Shown one piece after another: positions 18,364-28,631 of a stretch of DNA of 57,747 bases. Below the pieces are notes generated by a model. That model had not been told where the DNA came from. It saw only the letters and a program-made list of their open reading frames with translations, and ran no database searches. The position numbers and the translations under genes are program-made. Each line of letters opens with the position of its first letter. Within the stretch, counting starts at the first letter, position 1. Source of the stretch: a virus (taxonomy: Duplodnaviria; Caudoviricetes); IMG/VR virus record IMGVR_UViG_3300033148_006757, positions 1 to 57,747 of that record; one strand, 5' to 3'.

Positions 18364-19266
18364 ATGGCAGGCGGACACCCCCTCACAGAACAGCAGATGA
18401 CATATTATGATAACGTCGTACAGGATGTTATCAGACAGGAGATAGTAGGGAGGAATCTCATAGCTATTGCCACAGGTAGTCCATTCGGATTCGGAGTTCA
18501 AAAGATCGACTTCAACGCATTAGTCGATATGAGTGCTGCTGAACTCAGTATGACACTCACTGAGAATGCCGATATGATCGGACTGACCAACGATAGTCTA
18601 CCCATCCCCATACTTCACAAGGAATGGGAGATTGGAAGGAGAGATCTTGCATCTAGTAAGCGAACTGGTATGCCTCTCGATACAGTGGGTCCTGAAACTG
18701 CTGCCTCTAAAGTAGCGGAATTGGAAGACTCTCTCATCATCGATGGATGGAGTGCTGATGGTACGAATTATGACTTCAATGGACTCTATCAGAGTGCCGG
18801 GAATGATTATTCTACCAGTAAGGACTTCGGAACAGCCGGGAATGCCATAGTAGCAGTAAAGGGCGGAATCGCTCTCTTACTGGCGGATCATATCAAGCCC
18901 CCATATAATATAACTCTGAACCAAGTTCAGTATGGGGAGATATTGGGTCCCAGAGCTACCACTAGCGATAAGACCGAATTATCTATCATCCGGGACATGC
19001 TCCGTGGTGGAGATGGTGCAGGTGAGACTACTCCATTCGGACCTAATGCTGGAGGGAACATATTTGTAACAGATGTCATGACAGCTGGTACCGCTCTGAT
19101 CAGTGCAACTCCTAATACGAGATATGCTGATCTGGCTATCGGCCTGGATGTCGCAACTGAATACGAATTCTTGCCAAAGAGTCGGAATGCATTCGGCAGG
19201 GTATTTGAATGCATGATCCCCAGGATCAAAGAACCAAACGCCTTCTGCAAACTATCCGCGATATAG
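18364..19266 (+). CDS. major capsid protein, HK97 fold, encapsulin/Linocin_M18-like
   Basis: VGRNLI, GFGVQ, PIPILHKEWEIGRRDL, PLD...AASKVAELEDSLIIDG, PRIKEPNAFCKL. Confidence 0.85.
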   Translation: MAGGHPLTEQQMTYYDNVVQDVIRQEIVGRNLIAIATGSPFGFGVQKIDFNALVDMSAAELSMTLTENADMIGLTNDSLPIPILHKEWEIGRRDLASSKRTGMPLDTVGPETAASKVAELEDSLIIDGWSADGTNYDFNGLYQSAGNDYSTSKDFGTAGNAIVAVKGGIALLLADHIKPPYNITLNQVQYGEILGPRATTSDKTELSIIRDMLRGGDGAGETTPFGPNAGGNIFVTDVMTAGTALISATPNTRYADLAIGLDVATEYEFLPKSRNAFGRVFECMIPRIKEPNAFCKLSAI

Positions 19267-19279
19267 TTGTATTGAAAAA

Positions 19280-19310
19280 TAGGTCGATGTGAGACGCAAC
19301 CATCGGCCTA
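19280..19310 (+). terminator. hairpin downstream of MCP
   Basis: TAGGTCGATG...CATCGGCCTA stem (one G-U pair). Confidence 0.5.
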
Positions 19311-19355
19311 ACCTTTATATACTAATAAGAATGTCTTGAATATGAGGTTATAGTA

Positions 19356-19790
19356 ATGGTAGATAAATATAAATGTGAAGTCACAGCCAATCGACTGGTA
19401 ATGGAAGTTCTAGATAACAATGGTAATCCCGTAGTTGTCACTAAAACAGATACCTTCGGGCAATCCTATCAGGAAACCGCTGAAGTTCAATATAGAAGAG
19501 GGGATATCATATTCCTGCCTGAGGCTGCGATAAAACCGCGATTGAGTTCACTCAAACTGGTACTTGAACCAGTAAAAATAGCTCCAGTCCTGCAGGGTAA
19601 AAGCTCGGATGAAGAGACCCCTGAGCCAGTAAAATCCGAGGATGTTTCTGATACTAAGTCTGTGAAGGATGATAAGGAAGTTACAGTTTCGGATCTCATC
19701 CCTAAAGAGAAAGACAAGGTGGCAGAGGAAAAACCTAAAACAGCGGCTCAGGCTCAGAAAGATAAGGTAGCAGCTGAGAAAGGTAAATAA
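19356..19790 (+). CDS. hypothetical protein in head module
   Basis: GAGGT RBS; low-complexity charged C-terminus. Confidence 0.65.
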   Translation: MVDKYKCEVTANRLVMEVLDNNGNPVVVTKTDTFGQSYQETAEVQYRRGDIIFLPEAAIKPRLSSLKLVLEPVKIAPVLQGKSSDEETPEPVKSEDVSDTKSVKDDKEVTVSDLIPKEKDKVAEEKPKTAAQAQKDKVAAEKGK

Positions 19791-20233
19791 TGACTATAGT
19801 AGCATCTGACATTCGGGCATGGCCCTTAAATAATATTCCGGAGAGTGATATAGCCGATGAAGTTATCACTACTGCCGCTGAGATGGCCCTAGCATATGTG
19901 AATGATGTCAAGAAAGTGGATGCTACTCAGAGTCAAATAGATAATGCAGTACAAGCCTACGGAGGCTATTTAGCCTTCCTGGCTTATCTAGATCATCCAG
20001 TAGAAGATGTGGCAGGATCTTTTACAAATGGATACTTTACTCCCGCTACCGGCACAGAGGGAGTTCCTCAAATCCGAAGTATGCATGATATTAAAACGAA
20101 ATTAAAACATCTTAAAGAAACGTCCGAGAGCTTTCTAGGATTAGTATCATCCACTACAAATGAGGGAATATGGCCTATTAAACCACGTGTAATTCCACAT
20201 ATGACCCGAACCATCCGTCAGAAGCAGTTATAA
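19790..20233 (+). CDS. putative head-tail adaptor
   Basis: Position after MCP; helical, 147 aa. Confidence 0.5.
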   Translation: MTIVASDIRAWPLNNIPESDIADEVITTAAEMALAYVNDVKKVDATQSQIDNAVQAYGGYLAFLAYLDHPVEDVAGSFTNGYFTPATGTEGVPQIRSMHDIKTKLKHLKETSESFLGLVSSTTNEGIWPIKPRVIPHMTRTIRQKQL

Positions 20234-20356
20234 TCCCACTTTTTTGTCTCAGTAATCTATTTATACTTTCATAGATACTTGTATCTAAGGATTTATGAGA
20301 AGGTCTCTCATTATCTTAATGATTAATATTGTCGGAAAGGTCTTCCGGGTGATACA

Positions 20357-20860
20357 GTGCTTAGTATAAATCAAAAAAATACCATTTACAACGCTATTCT
20401 TAAAGTATACCCTGTAGAAGAGACCGTATTCGAAGTCAATTGTATATATAATAACCAGATTATTTCCGGCAGAGTTGCAGATCCTATTATAGAACATAAT
20501 GAAGATACTACAGGCTATCCCCTGATAGTTCTCTCTTATATTCTGGGAGGAGAACTTATGGGAGATTTAGAAAGTGGAGTATCCTGGAGATTCGCGATGT
20601 TATCTGTGGACATATATGCTAAGAATTTTGATGATAGACCTTCTGGGGAGATAATTAACGGTCAGATATTGAATGACGAGCTGACTAGACAGTTCATCAA
20701 CAATGTGAATGATAATTGGAATACTAATCCGGCATTACTTCGAGAAAATGTTAGATTAGATACTCCGGTAGAAGACCCTCTGGATCTATCTAATATAATA
20801 GGAACTCCCCATATATATAGGAATCATATTGATATTCATTTAATCTATAAAGAGGAATAA
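20357..20860 (+). CDS. putative tail terminator
   Basis: YPLIVLSY, LSVDIYA, YRNHIDIHLIY; precedes tail tube gene. Confidence 0.6.
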   Translation: MLSINQKNTIYNAILKVYPVEETVFEVNCIYNNQIISGRVADPIIEHNEDTTGYPLIVLSYILGGELMGDLESGVSWRFAMLSVDIYAKNFDDRPSGEIINGQILNDELTRQFINNVNDNWNTNPALLRENVRLDTPVEDPLDLSNIIGTPHIYRNHIDIHLIYKEE

Positions 20861-20862
20861 GA

Positions 20863-21765
20863 ATGGTACTTGATGGATCAGCAGAAAAATCAGTTGAACT
20901 CGTAGTAGAGAGTGTGTTTGGAACTTTTCCGACAGACCCTACTATGCTAGGAATAGGTGGCTACCCCGTAAAGGTGACCAATAAGAAAACAGTACAGATT
21001 GAGAACTTCCCCTATCTGAAGGAAGTAGCCGGAACTAATAGAGCCCAATCTACGAAGGTGGCTAAAGTAGGAGAAGCATATTCCACTAACATCGAGATGC
21101 GACCTACAGGATGGGATATGTGGGCTTATCTTCTTGGTGGTACTACTGCCACTCCAGCCATCTCAGACACTATCGCAAATCTGAGTATGGGTAATAAAGT
21201 AGGATCCGCGGAATATGAGAAGTTCAGTGGTGGAATTGTCCAGAAGATCGAATGTAATATAGAGCCCGATAAGGCGGCCTCCCAGACTGTAGACGTCATG
21301 TTCGTGGAGTCCGATGGTATTACAGGTGCGGATTATATAGGAGCAGGAGCTCATGCAGCAGTAGCTACTGGAGCCCCCTTAGATGCTCCTGGTATTACGT
21401 CTGTACTATATGATGCGGCTGCATTGAGCACAGTAGATGCTAAGTTGGAGTATATCAAGATGGCCTGTGAATATCCGATAACCCCGGTTCCTGATATCAC
21501 CACTTCCTGGGATAGTAGAATAGGAGGATGGGGTAGAGGCCAGAGAAATATTTCACTGGAATTAGGTCTGACATTAGATGCCATGACTGACCTCCAGACT
21601 GATATGTTTGATGGAGCTGCTCACACCTTCGCATTCACCGCTCTCGGTAAAACTTTAAGCTTCTCTAATATCATATGGGGAGGAGACTGGGAGCAGGAAC
21701 TTGATCCAGATGATATGATCGCAATGCCTTTGAAGTCTAGCTTCGTGGATTTGGTGTTCTCATGA
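20863..21765 (+). CDS. major tail tube protein
   Basis: VESVFGTFP start, RNISLELGL; ~300 aa; no sheath gene seen. Confidence 0.7.
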   Translation: MVLDGSAEKSVELVVESVFGTFPTDPTMLGIGGYPVKVTNKKTVQIENFPYLKEVAGTNRAQSTKVAKVGEAYSTNIEMRPTGWDMWAYLLGGTTATPAISDTIANLSMGNKVGSAEYEKFSGGIVQKIECNIEPDKAASQTVDVMFVESDGITGADYIGAGAHAAVATGAPLDAPGITSVLYDAAALSTVDAKLEYIKMACEYPITPVPDITTSWDSRIGGWGRGQRNISLELGLTLDAMTDLQTDMFDGAAHTFAFTALGKTLSFSNIIWGGDWEQELDPDDMIAMPLKSSFVDLVFS

Positions 21766-22250
21766 GTTCAAATGGTTTAAAATTCACCTTTGGGGGACAA
21801 GAGTTAAATCTCTCCCCAAGGGTGAAACACAAATATGTCCGAAGGGCCCAGAATCTAATGACTGAGTGGATGCTCCAGAATATTGATATGACATCTATCC
21901 TTAATGCCGGAGGTAAGGAAGAAGCTTCTATGAATGAGCTGCTTCATACGGCCATTATGGAAAAACCTAATCTGGCCATAGAGATCCAGGATATAGAGAA
22001 TTCCATCATCCTAGATCAGACCATTATGTTAGCTTCTGGTCTGGATTATCCCGTACTGGTAGGGTTGAAAGAAGAAGCATATGAAGACGAGTATATCGAA
22101 TTATATGAAAAGTGTTCTGAACTTCTGGGAGGGAATGCTAACGATTTTTTCGAAGTCTATCTTACCGGTTCGACCCCGAAGCAAAGAAAAACTCGGACAC
22201 CCCGGAAGCTAGTGGAGAAAAAGACCCCAGAGTCTACCCTTCGGGAATAA
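21762..22250 (+). CDS. tail assembly chaperone (G-like)
   Basis: Follows tail tube gene; contains slippery T TTT TTC at 22145-22151. Confidence 0.75.
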   Translation: MSSNGLKFTFGGQELNLSPRVKHKYVRRAQNLMTEWMLQNIDMTSILNAGGKEEASMNELLHTAIMEKPNLAIEIQDIENSIILDQTIMLASGLDYPVLVGLKEEAYEDEYIELYEKCSELLGGNANDFFEVYLTGSTPKQRKTRTPRKLVEKKTPESTLRE

Positions 22251-22456
22251 AATCGGCCCGTAATTTCATCCGAGATATTAAATTAGCCTTCTCTGGAAGA
22301 GGTAAGGGGGATCAGGCTTTAGAAGAATATAATCTCTCTAAAGTCCTGAAAACCCCAATGATATTTCTGGACGATATGGAAGAAGTAGAATATAGAAAAC
22401 ATCTGATAATAGCTCGGTTAGAGGCTAAAAAGAATAAACCCAAGGATCAATCATGA
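22145..22456 (+). CDS. -1 frameshift extension of the tail chaperone (GT-like)
   Basis: After TTTTTTC the -1 frame is open ~100 codons (RSLSYRFDPE...RLEAKKNKPKDQS), ending at TGA 22454-22456 overlapping the next ATG. Confidence 0.75.
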   Translation, partial: FFRSLSYRFDPEAKKNSDTPEASGEKDPRVYPSGIKSARNFIRDIKLAFSGRGKGDQALEEYNLSKVLKTPMIFLDDMEEVEYRKHLIIARLEAKKNKPKDQS

Positions 22457-24063
22457 CAATATATATAGGGGAAATACCCATCCATTATGTGTCCTCATTC
22501 GATACGGATCGTAATCTAAAAAGTATCGAAGAGATACATTTTCTGGGAGTAGATGCTATTCCTCATCTATCCGAACAGGCCTCTAATATTAGGGATTTTG
22601 GGATGACTGGAACCCTGTTACAGGATAGTGGAATAATTCCCACGATAGATGATATGGCTGAGGATATTCTAGCTTTAAAGGATAGAGGTAGTAGGTTTAA
22701 TTACATTCATAATTTTCAGAATAGGAGTGGATGGCTAGGGATAAAAGAGGCGGGATCAGATAAGAATGCCTCCTCTTTAGTAACCCGTCCATATCTTATG
22801 TCCGGTAAGTTTCTCCCTAAGGCTTTATATCAAACTAGGATGCATTCCAATCCAGTTATTAGACCAAATGATTTTTCCTTTTCCCTGGGAGCGGATGACT
22901 GTGATAACTACATAGCTATACCAATAGGAGCGACATACTTAGGAGGTGATGGAAGTACTATCACTAGGACCTCCAAAGATGGTGACATTACTCTGGTGCT
23001 AGCTACGGATGACAGTGATATTAAATGGGATATTAACGAGGCAGATAGACTTAATGGTGAATGTAAAATCTTCGACATGATGTCTGAGAACTTGTTGAAA
23101 AACGACGATTTTGAAGATTGGGGTGAGGGAACTTCAGTACCCCCTAGTGGATGGATAAATTCAGGGTTACTGGGAGTAGTACGAGATGCACTACATAAGA
23201 TCGGGGTATATTCTGTAAAGATAACTACTGATGCTGCAATAGATCATTTATACCAGGAAATAAGTCTGGATTATGCTGGCAAAGAACTAACTTTTGGATG
23301 TTGGGTATATTCGACATTGGAAATTCATGCAAGGATTGGTATCACCGACGATACTGGCACTTCATATAGTGGGTATCACGCCGGAGGCAGTGTGTGGAGG
23401 TGGCTCACAGTAACACGTACCATAGATCCCGGAACATCATATATACGTGTCATACTAAATTTATACCAAGCAAATTCTGCATATTATGACGGAGGCATAG
23501 TAGTAGAAGGGTCTGAAGTCCCAGTGACTCCAGTAATTGATACTTATGGAGTTCAAGTATATAGCAGAGAAAGAGAGTTTACAGGAAGTATGATAATCGA
23601 GAATGGTTTGTATAGGATTATGATAAATCCATCTACTGACCATATAACTATATATTATTGGGATGGTTCTGAGTATATTCATATTAGTGCTTTTACTGCA
23701 GCCACCTTCACTAGGACTACTATCCTAGAAAATACATCCGATCGTATTAGGGTGAAATTGGATAGTGATGTGGAGATAGAACTCAGAAGAGGACACCCTC
23801 CAATGATAGATACAGGCGCTACAGATTTGATAACTATCGGTCTAACACCAGCAGATCAATCTACAACTACTGAAAACTATCTGAGCCTAGGTACTAATCT
23901 ATACATCTCCAGTGATGAGTCATTTAACATTGTGAACGCTACCAAGAACTTAGATGATGGTAAAAAGTGGATATTCTACGAGACAGACTCCGGGGTAGCA
24001 GAAGACATAGCTCACCAAGCAATGGTTGATGCGAGAGAAAATAGAGAATTAATCCAGAGATAG
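22453..24063 (+). CDS. tail-associated protein with carbohydrate-binding (CBM4/9-like) insertion
   Basis: ENLLKNDDFEDW...GW...YSVKI...LYQ...TFGCWV...WRWLTVT...YYDG jelly-roll signature; Dit-like N-terminus inferred. Confidence 0.6.
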   Translation: MTIYIGEIPIHYVSSFDTDRNLKSIEEIHFLGVDAIPHLSEQASNIRDFGMTGTLLQDSGIIPTIDDMAEDILALKDRGSRFNYIHNFQNRSGWLGIKEAGSDKNASSLVTRPYLMSGKFLPKALYQTRMHSNPVIRPNDFSFSLGADDCDNYIAIPIGATYLGGDGSTITRTSKDGDITLVLATDDSDIKWDINEADRLNGECKIFDMMSENLLKNDDFEDWGEGTSVPPSGWINSGLLGVVRDALHKIGVYSVKITTDAAIDHLYQEISLDYAGKELTFGCWVYSTLEIHARIGITDDTGTSYSGYHAGGSVWRWLTVTRTIDPGTSYIRVILNLYQANSAYYDGGIVVEGSEVPVTPVIDTYGVQVYSREREFTGSMIIENGLYRIMINPSTDHITIYYWDGSEYIHISAFTAATFTRTTILENTSDRIRVKLDSDVEIELRRGHPPMIDTGATDLITIGLTPADQSTTTENYLSLGTNLYISSDESFNIVNATKNLDDGKKWIFYETDSGVAEDIAHQAMVDARENRELIQR

Positions 24064-24073
24064 GTATAAACAA

Positions 24074-26557
24074 ATGGCCCTAGTAGATTTATTGGTAAGA
24101 GTTCGTGCGGATATAGGGAGAGCCACAGCCGGATTAATGGCGGTGGATAATCTTTCTAAAAAAGTAGAAACTGCTATGACCCGTAATATGCGATCTATCC
24201 GTCGAGCGGTTAATGGGGTGGTAGCCTCTTTCGTAAAATTTGCTGCTATCCTGGGGATAATCTCTCTTATAGTATTGGCAAAAGCGGTCTCTAGCTTCGC
24301 TAAATTTGAACAATCAATTGTTAATGCTACTTCGGTTACTGGAAAACTAGGTGAAGAGTTTATAGTAGTTAAAGATCATTTATCTGCTCTAGCTCAAACC
24401 CTGGGTAAAACAACGGTATTCTCTGCTGGAGAAGCCGCTCAAGCTATGTATGATCTAGCTTCTGCTGGGGTAGAAGTCGGTAGAATGACGAAAGAAGATA
24501 TGATACCGATCCTCGATCTGGCTGCTGCTACCCAGTCTGAATTAAAATTTGCAACAGAAACATTAACTTCTACTATAGCCCAGTTCGGATTAAGTATTAC
24601 AGATACGGAGAGAGTATCCGATGTACTAACCGGTACAATCACTTCCACTAAAGCTACTATCGAAAAAATGTCAATCGCTCTGGCATATGTCGGTCCTATT
24701 GCTCATGGGACCGGTCTGAGTCTTGAAGAAACGTCAGCCGCTTTAGGTATGTTATATAATGCTGGTCTTCCTGCTAGTATGGCTGGTACGGCCCTAAGAG
24801 GGGCCCTTCTGAGATTAATGAATCCAACTGCCGCTGCTAGAGATACTCTAAAAAGTATGGGGTTAACATTACAAGATGTAGATCCTACTTTACATAAATT
24901 TGCAGATATTGTTAAGATCCTAGGAGAAAGGCAGATGACTACTGCAGAATCTGCTATCATATTTGGAGTTAGAGCAGCATCTGGAATGGTAGCACTCGCC
25001 GGAGCATCAGATAAATTAGAAGTCCTCACCGAGAAATTACATAATGTTCAGGGATTAACAAGAGAGATTGCTGAAGTCCAATTGAGTACCCTTAGTGGTT
25101 CTTTCGTCTTACTCAAATCCGCTCTAGAAGGATTAATGATATCCATAGGAAGTGCGACTGAGGGAGGAATGAAAAACTTTAGTTCAGAACTAAGAAACAT
25201 CGTTCTGGCTATAGAAGAGCCCTTGATGAATGCCGTAGCTAATTTAATGTCATTCTTAGATCAACTAGGTCCTACATGGGAAAGTCTTAAATCTATAGTC
25301 TCTAGTGTTATTGGCATAATGGGGGATCTGGCGGAAATATTCGGAATAGCTGGAGAAGAGGGAGCCAATAGATTGGCAAATGCTATAAATTTATTAGCTA
25401 CCTCTTTCGCCGGTTTATTAAGATGGATAGACGAACATCCTAGTGTTACTAAATTTGTTGCAGCCTTAGGGGTCGGAATACTTATATTTATTAATTTGGT
25501 CGGTGTGATAATACCTGTAATAGTCGCGCTAGCGGCTTTAAAAACTGCTATAATAGGGGTAGGGGTCTCGATGGCCTTTGGTATGTCTCTGACGTCCGCT
25601 TTAACAGCAGCATTTCCAGCTCTCGGAGCCGCCATAGGCGTATTAACTGGTCCTATAGGCTGGGTTATATTAGCTATTAGTCTATTCGGAGCAGCCTATG
25701 CCACAAATTTCTTGGGTATCAGAGATATCACCCATAAGGTTGTCAGCTGGCTAATAGATAGATTTTATGATCTGGTGAATGGGATCGGATTTGTAATGTG
25801 GCATGTGAAAAAGCTGATAGTAGAGGAATGGAACGCTTTAGTCCCTATGATGAAGAAGTTAGGAATGGATGTAGTAAAATATCAGATATCGGCTTTTGAG
25901 TTATTGGAGCGTAAAGCTAAAGATACATCTGAGATAGTTCAAGATGAGATGGGAGATATGGGAACCTCTGTAGCTGATACTCTTGAAGACTTACAAGGTG
26001 ATTTGGCCATCGCCCAAATAGATCTAGAAGACTATGCCGATACTATGAATGAGTTTGAAGCAGCTCCTACTAGAATGGGTGGGGGAGATATTGATGAGTT
26101 CTTTAAGGCACGGGGAGGCTTCATTTCAGGAGAAGGGGAATATATCGGTAAAGGTCATCCTGATTGGGAAGCATTGACAGCTAAAGCGGGTGCTCCTATA
26201 GATGAAACAATTTACGGTAAGATAGATGGAGATAGTAGATTAACGGCTAATATGGCACTAGGAGGAGGAGAGCGGGCTTTCAGGGCTATTATGGATTCTA
26301 ATACCGTACAGGAAGAACAGAATCAGAAGTTAGATAAGTTGGAACACCTTCAGAAATTACCAGAAATTTCTGAAAAATTAGATAAGTTAGGAATTGAGAT
26401 AAATAACTATACCACGAATACTTATACTAATAGAAGTAGTAGTAGCAGTACCAGAGCAGGTACTATCAGTCCAGCCCCTAGCTTAATAAATGATACCAAA
26501 GACAGTAAATCCGTTAGCAAGGGGCTGAGAGATTATAGTAACCCATTCGGATTCTAA
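24074..26557 (+). CDS. tape measure protein (TP901-like core)
   Basis: LGKTTVFSAGEAAQAMYDLASAG, LDLAAA, ASMAGTALRG, IFGVRA, LSGSFVLLKSALEG; Ala/Gly-rich helices. Confidence 0.92.
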   Translation: MALVDLLVRVRADIGRATAGLMAVDNLSKKVETAMTRNMRSIRRAVNGVVASFVKFAAILGIISLIVLAKAVSSFAKFEQSIVNATSVTGKLGEEFIVVKDHLSALAQTLGKTTVFSAGEAAQAMYDLASAGVEVGRMTKEDMIPILDLAAATQSELKFATETLTSTIAQFGLSITDTERVSDVLTGTITSTKATIEKMSIALAYVGPIAHGTGLSLEETSAALGMLYNAGLPASMAGTALRGALLRLMNPTAAARDTLKSMGLTLQDVDPTLHKFADIVKILGERQMTTAESAIIFGVRAASGMVALAGASDKLEVLTEKLHNVQGLTREIAEVQLSTLSGSFVLLKSALEGLMISIGSATEGGMKNFSSELRNIVLAIEEPLMNAVANLMSFLDQLGPTWESLKSIVSSVIGIMGDLAEIFGIAGEEGANRLANAINLLATSFAGLLRWIDEHPSVTKFVAALGVGILIFINLVGVIIPVIVALAALKTAIIGVGVSMAFGMSLTSALTAAFPALGAAIGVLTGPIGWVILAISLFGAAYATNFLGIRDITHKVVSWLIDRFYDLVNGIGFVMWHVKKLIVEEWNALVPMMKKLGMDVVKYQISAFELLERKAKDTSEIVQDEMGDMGTSVADTLEDLQGDLAIAQIDLEDYADTMNEFEAAPTRMGGGDIDEFFKARGGFISGEGEYIGKGHPDWEALTAKAGAPIDETIYGKIDGDSRLTANMALGGGERAFRAIMDSNTVQEEQNQKLDKLEHLQKLPEISEKLDKLGIEINNYTTNTYTNRSSSSSTRAGTISPAPSLINDTKDSKSVSKGLRDYSNPFGF

Positions 26558-26579
26558 TAATTGAGAAAGGAGATAACAA

Positions 26580-28631
26580 ATGGCTACATTGAATGGAGCA
26601 GAGTTTAAAATCATCGAGATAGAGTGGTCTACTTATCAGAATAATGTGATTCAGGAAATACTGGGAAGTGATTCTGTTGAGGTTCAGAATCAGGGTCATG
26701 GTAGTGAGCCAGTTAGGATTCAGGCCATGGTGAATAATGAAAAAGAGATGGATGACTTCCAAGAACAGTTTTATTCCAACGGATTGTTGACTCTCATAAA
26801 GGATTCTGACTCTGGTAGACAATATCAAGTATATGCTCTGGGTAATGTTAGAAGAGAAAACATTGCAAATTCTATATCAGACCAAGGTATTATCTTTACC
26901 TGCATGATGCAATTAAAGTATCCCCATAGTGAGTCTGTCGCTACTATAACCCAGAGTAAAACAATTACAGAAAATAATCAGGAATTCTCTACAGATGACT
27001 CTGGTGTAGATATCAAAACTATGGGGAATGTAGATGCGATACCGGATATAAAAATAACTGGAGGCTCAATCCCCTTTGGTCCAGGCCAGTTAGAGGTTGA
27101 CTCTAATTATAATCTGAATAATAGTTTATCTACAGTGACTATAAACCAGACGAATAGTATAATGTCAACCCCTGTAGATTCAACTACGGTTCAAGGAGAG
27201 TCGATGAATCTCCGAAAGGCTGGAATGGGTATAATAGACTCGATCCAAGTAACTGTAAAAAGTGTGGCAACTTCAGGAGATGTGACCTGTACAGTATATA
27301 ATAAATTTGGTGGGACATCACTAGGTAGTAAAACTATCAACATAGCTGGAACAGGAGCAGCAGTATTCACATTCGATACTCCTATAGCGGTAGTTCAAGC
27401 AGAGACAACCTGTTTGGATACAGATGATGGAAATTACCTATATTGGGAAATATCCACCGCTGCAGCTGATATCGATATAGGTTATTCTAACGATTTTGAC
27501 CCTTATCCGGATGGATTCTGGTATGAAGATGAGGTCAGACAAGGACTATTCGATTTAACTTTCAGTGTCGTTGGACACTCTGTTAAAGAGATTCGACAGA
27601 CATTTGAAGTTAATGCGGATATGAGATTAAACCACATCCTTTTAAATCTGTGTAAATACAAATACGCAGGGACCAATGACTGCACAGTAACAGTGAAACA
27701 GGGAGCTACCACATTAGGCTCAGGTACCGTAGTACTAGCAGGTACCGATTTTGTTGATGTTCCATTCTATCTAGCCGAGACTATCGTAGGTAGTAGCTTG
27801 TATTTAGTCCCTGCTACAGAATATACAATATACATTACACCACCATCAGATAGTGGTAATTCAACAGGAATTTTATTAAAAACCAAAAGTACTAATGAGT
27901 ATGGGGACGGAGCAGTAACTTTAGTAGAAGATGGAGGGACTACTAGAGACCAAACTCATGATCTTTATTTTGTAGCAGCCTCTTATTACACTAATGATGA
28001 TGTACAAGTCTATAATACTGCTGACGTTGATACTAAAGGTTTGGTTTCAAATGAGATGTTCCATAGTGCTGTTCATCGGATCAATATAGACGGAAGTGGC
28101 ACCATAGATATAGTTGATGTTTTTACGACCCCTGATTTCTTCCGTAACATACACACACATAACGGAGTAACCAGAATTTTTTCTGCTGCAACAGGATGGG
28201 GGATGTGGATAGGTAATACTTATTACGCCAGTTATAAAATAGATACTAAATACCCTCTCAGGATTATCCCGGTATTAACAGCATTTATTAATGTGTCTTT
28301 CGGATCCCCAAAGATACAGATATCTATAGATAATAGTACTTGGTATAATATAGATACTAGTGTTGTCGATAAAGTGTCTACTGAATACCCATTGAATAGC
28401 ACTGGTAATTTAAGCCTTCTGGGAAAGGCCTCGTTCTATTATCGGTATTATGGAGACGGAACCGGTCTTGTTAATGCGGGTGCCCTAGCTATGGGTATTC
28501 ATACAATTTATGCTAAGAATCCTAAAATACTGAAAGGAAGTTCTCCTAGTACGGTAAGAATAGATCAAAATGTTAACAGCGGTATGGCTTGCACAGCAGA
28601 TTTAATATTTAAACACAGGTGGTGGATCTAA
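26580..28631 (+). CDS. distal tail/tail tip protein with large beta-rich insertions (receptor-binding candidate)
   Basis: Immediately after TMP; GNVDAIPDIKITG; repeated YPDG/YGDG...DL.F modules; ends FKHRWW. Confidence 0.65.
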   Translation: MATLNGAEFKIIEIEWSTYQNNVIQEILGSDSVEVQNQGHGSEPVRIQAMVNNEKEMDDFQEQFYSNGLLTLIKDSDSGRQYQVYALGNVRRENIANSISDQGIIFTCMMQLKYPHSESVATITQSKTITENNQEFSTDDSGVDIKTMGNVDAIPDIKITGGSIPFGPGQLEVDSNYNLNNSLSTVTINQTNSIMSTPVDSTTVQGESMNLRKAGMGIIDSIQVTVKSVATSGDVTCTVYNKFGGTSLGSKTINIAGTGAAVFTFDTPIAVVQAETTCLDTDDGNYLYWEISTAAADIDIGYSNDFDPYPDGFWYEDEVRQGLFDLTFSVVGHSVKEIRQTFEVNADMRLNHILLNLCKYKYAGTNDCTVTVKQGATTLGSGTVVLAGTDFVDVPFYLAETIVGSSLYLVPATEYTIYITPPSDSGNSTGILLKTKSTNEYGDGAVTLVEDGGTTRDQTHDLYFVAASYYTNDDVQVYNTADVDTKGLVSNEMFHSAVHRINIDGSGTIDIVDVFTTPDFFRNIHTHNGVTRIFSAATGWGMWIGNTYYASYKIDTKYPLRIIPVLTAFINVSFGSPKIQISIDNSTWYNIDTSVVDKVSTEYPLNSTGNLSLLGKASFYYRYYGDGTGLVNAGALAMGIHTIYAKNPKILKGSSPSTVRIDQNVNSGMACTADLIFKHRWWI

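Noticed and set aside
18364-19266. Cellular encapsulin nanocompartment
   Set aside because: Embedded in a terminase-portal-protease-tail module with no cargo gene, so it is the viral capsid protein
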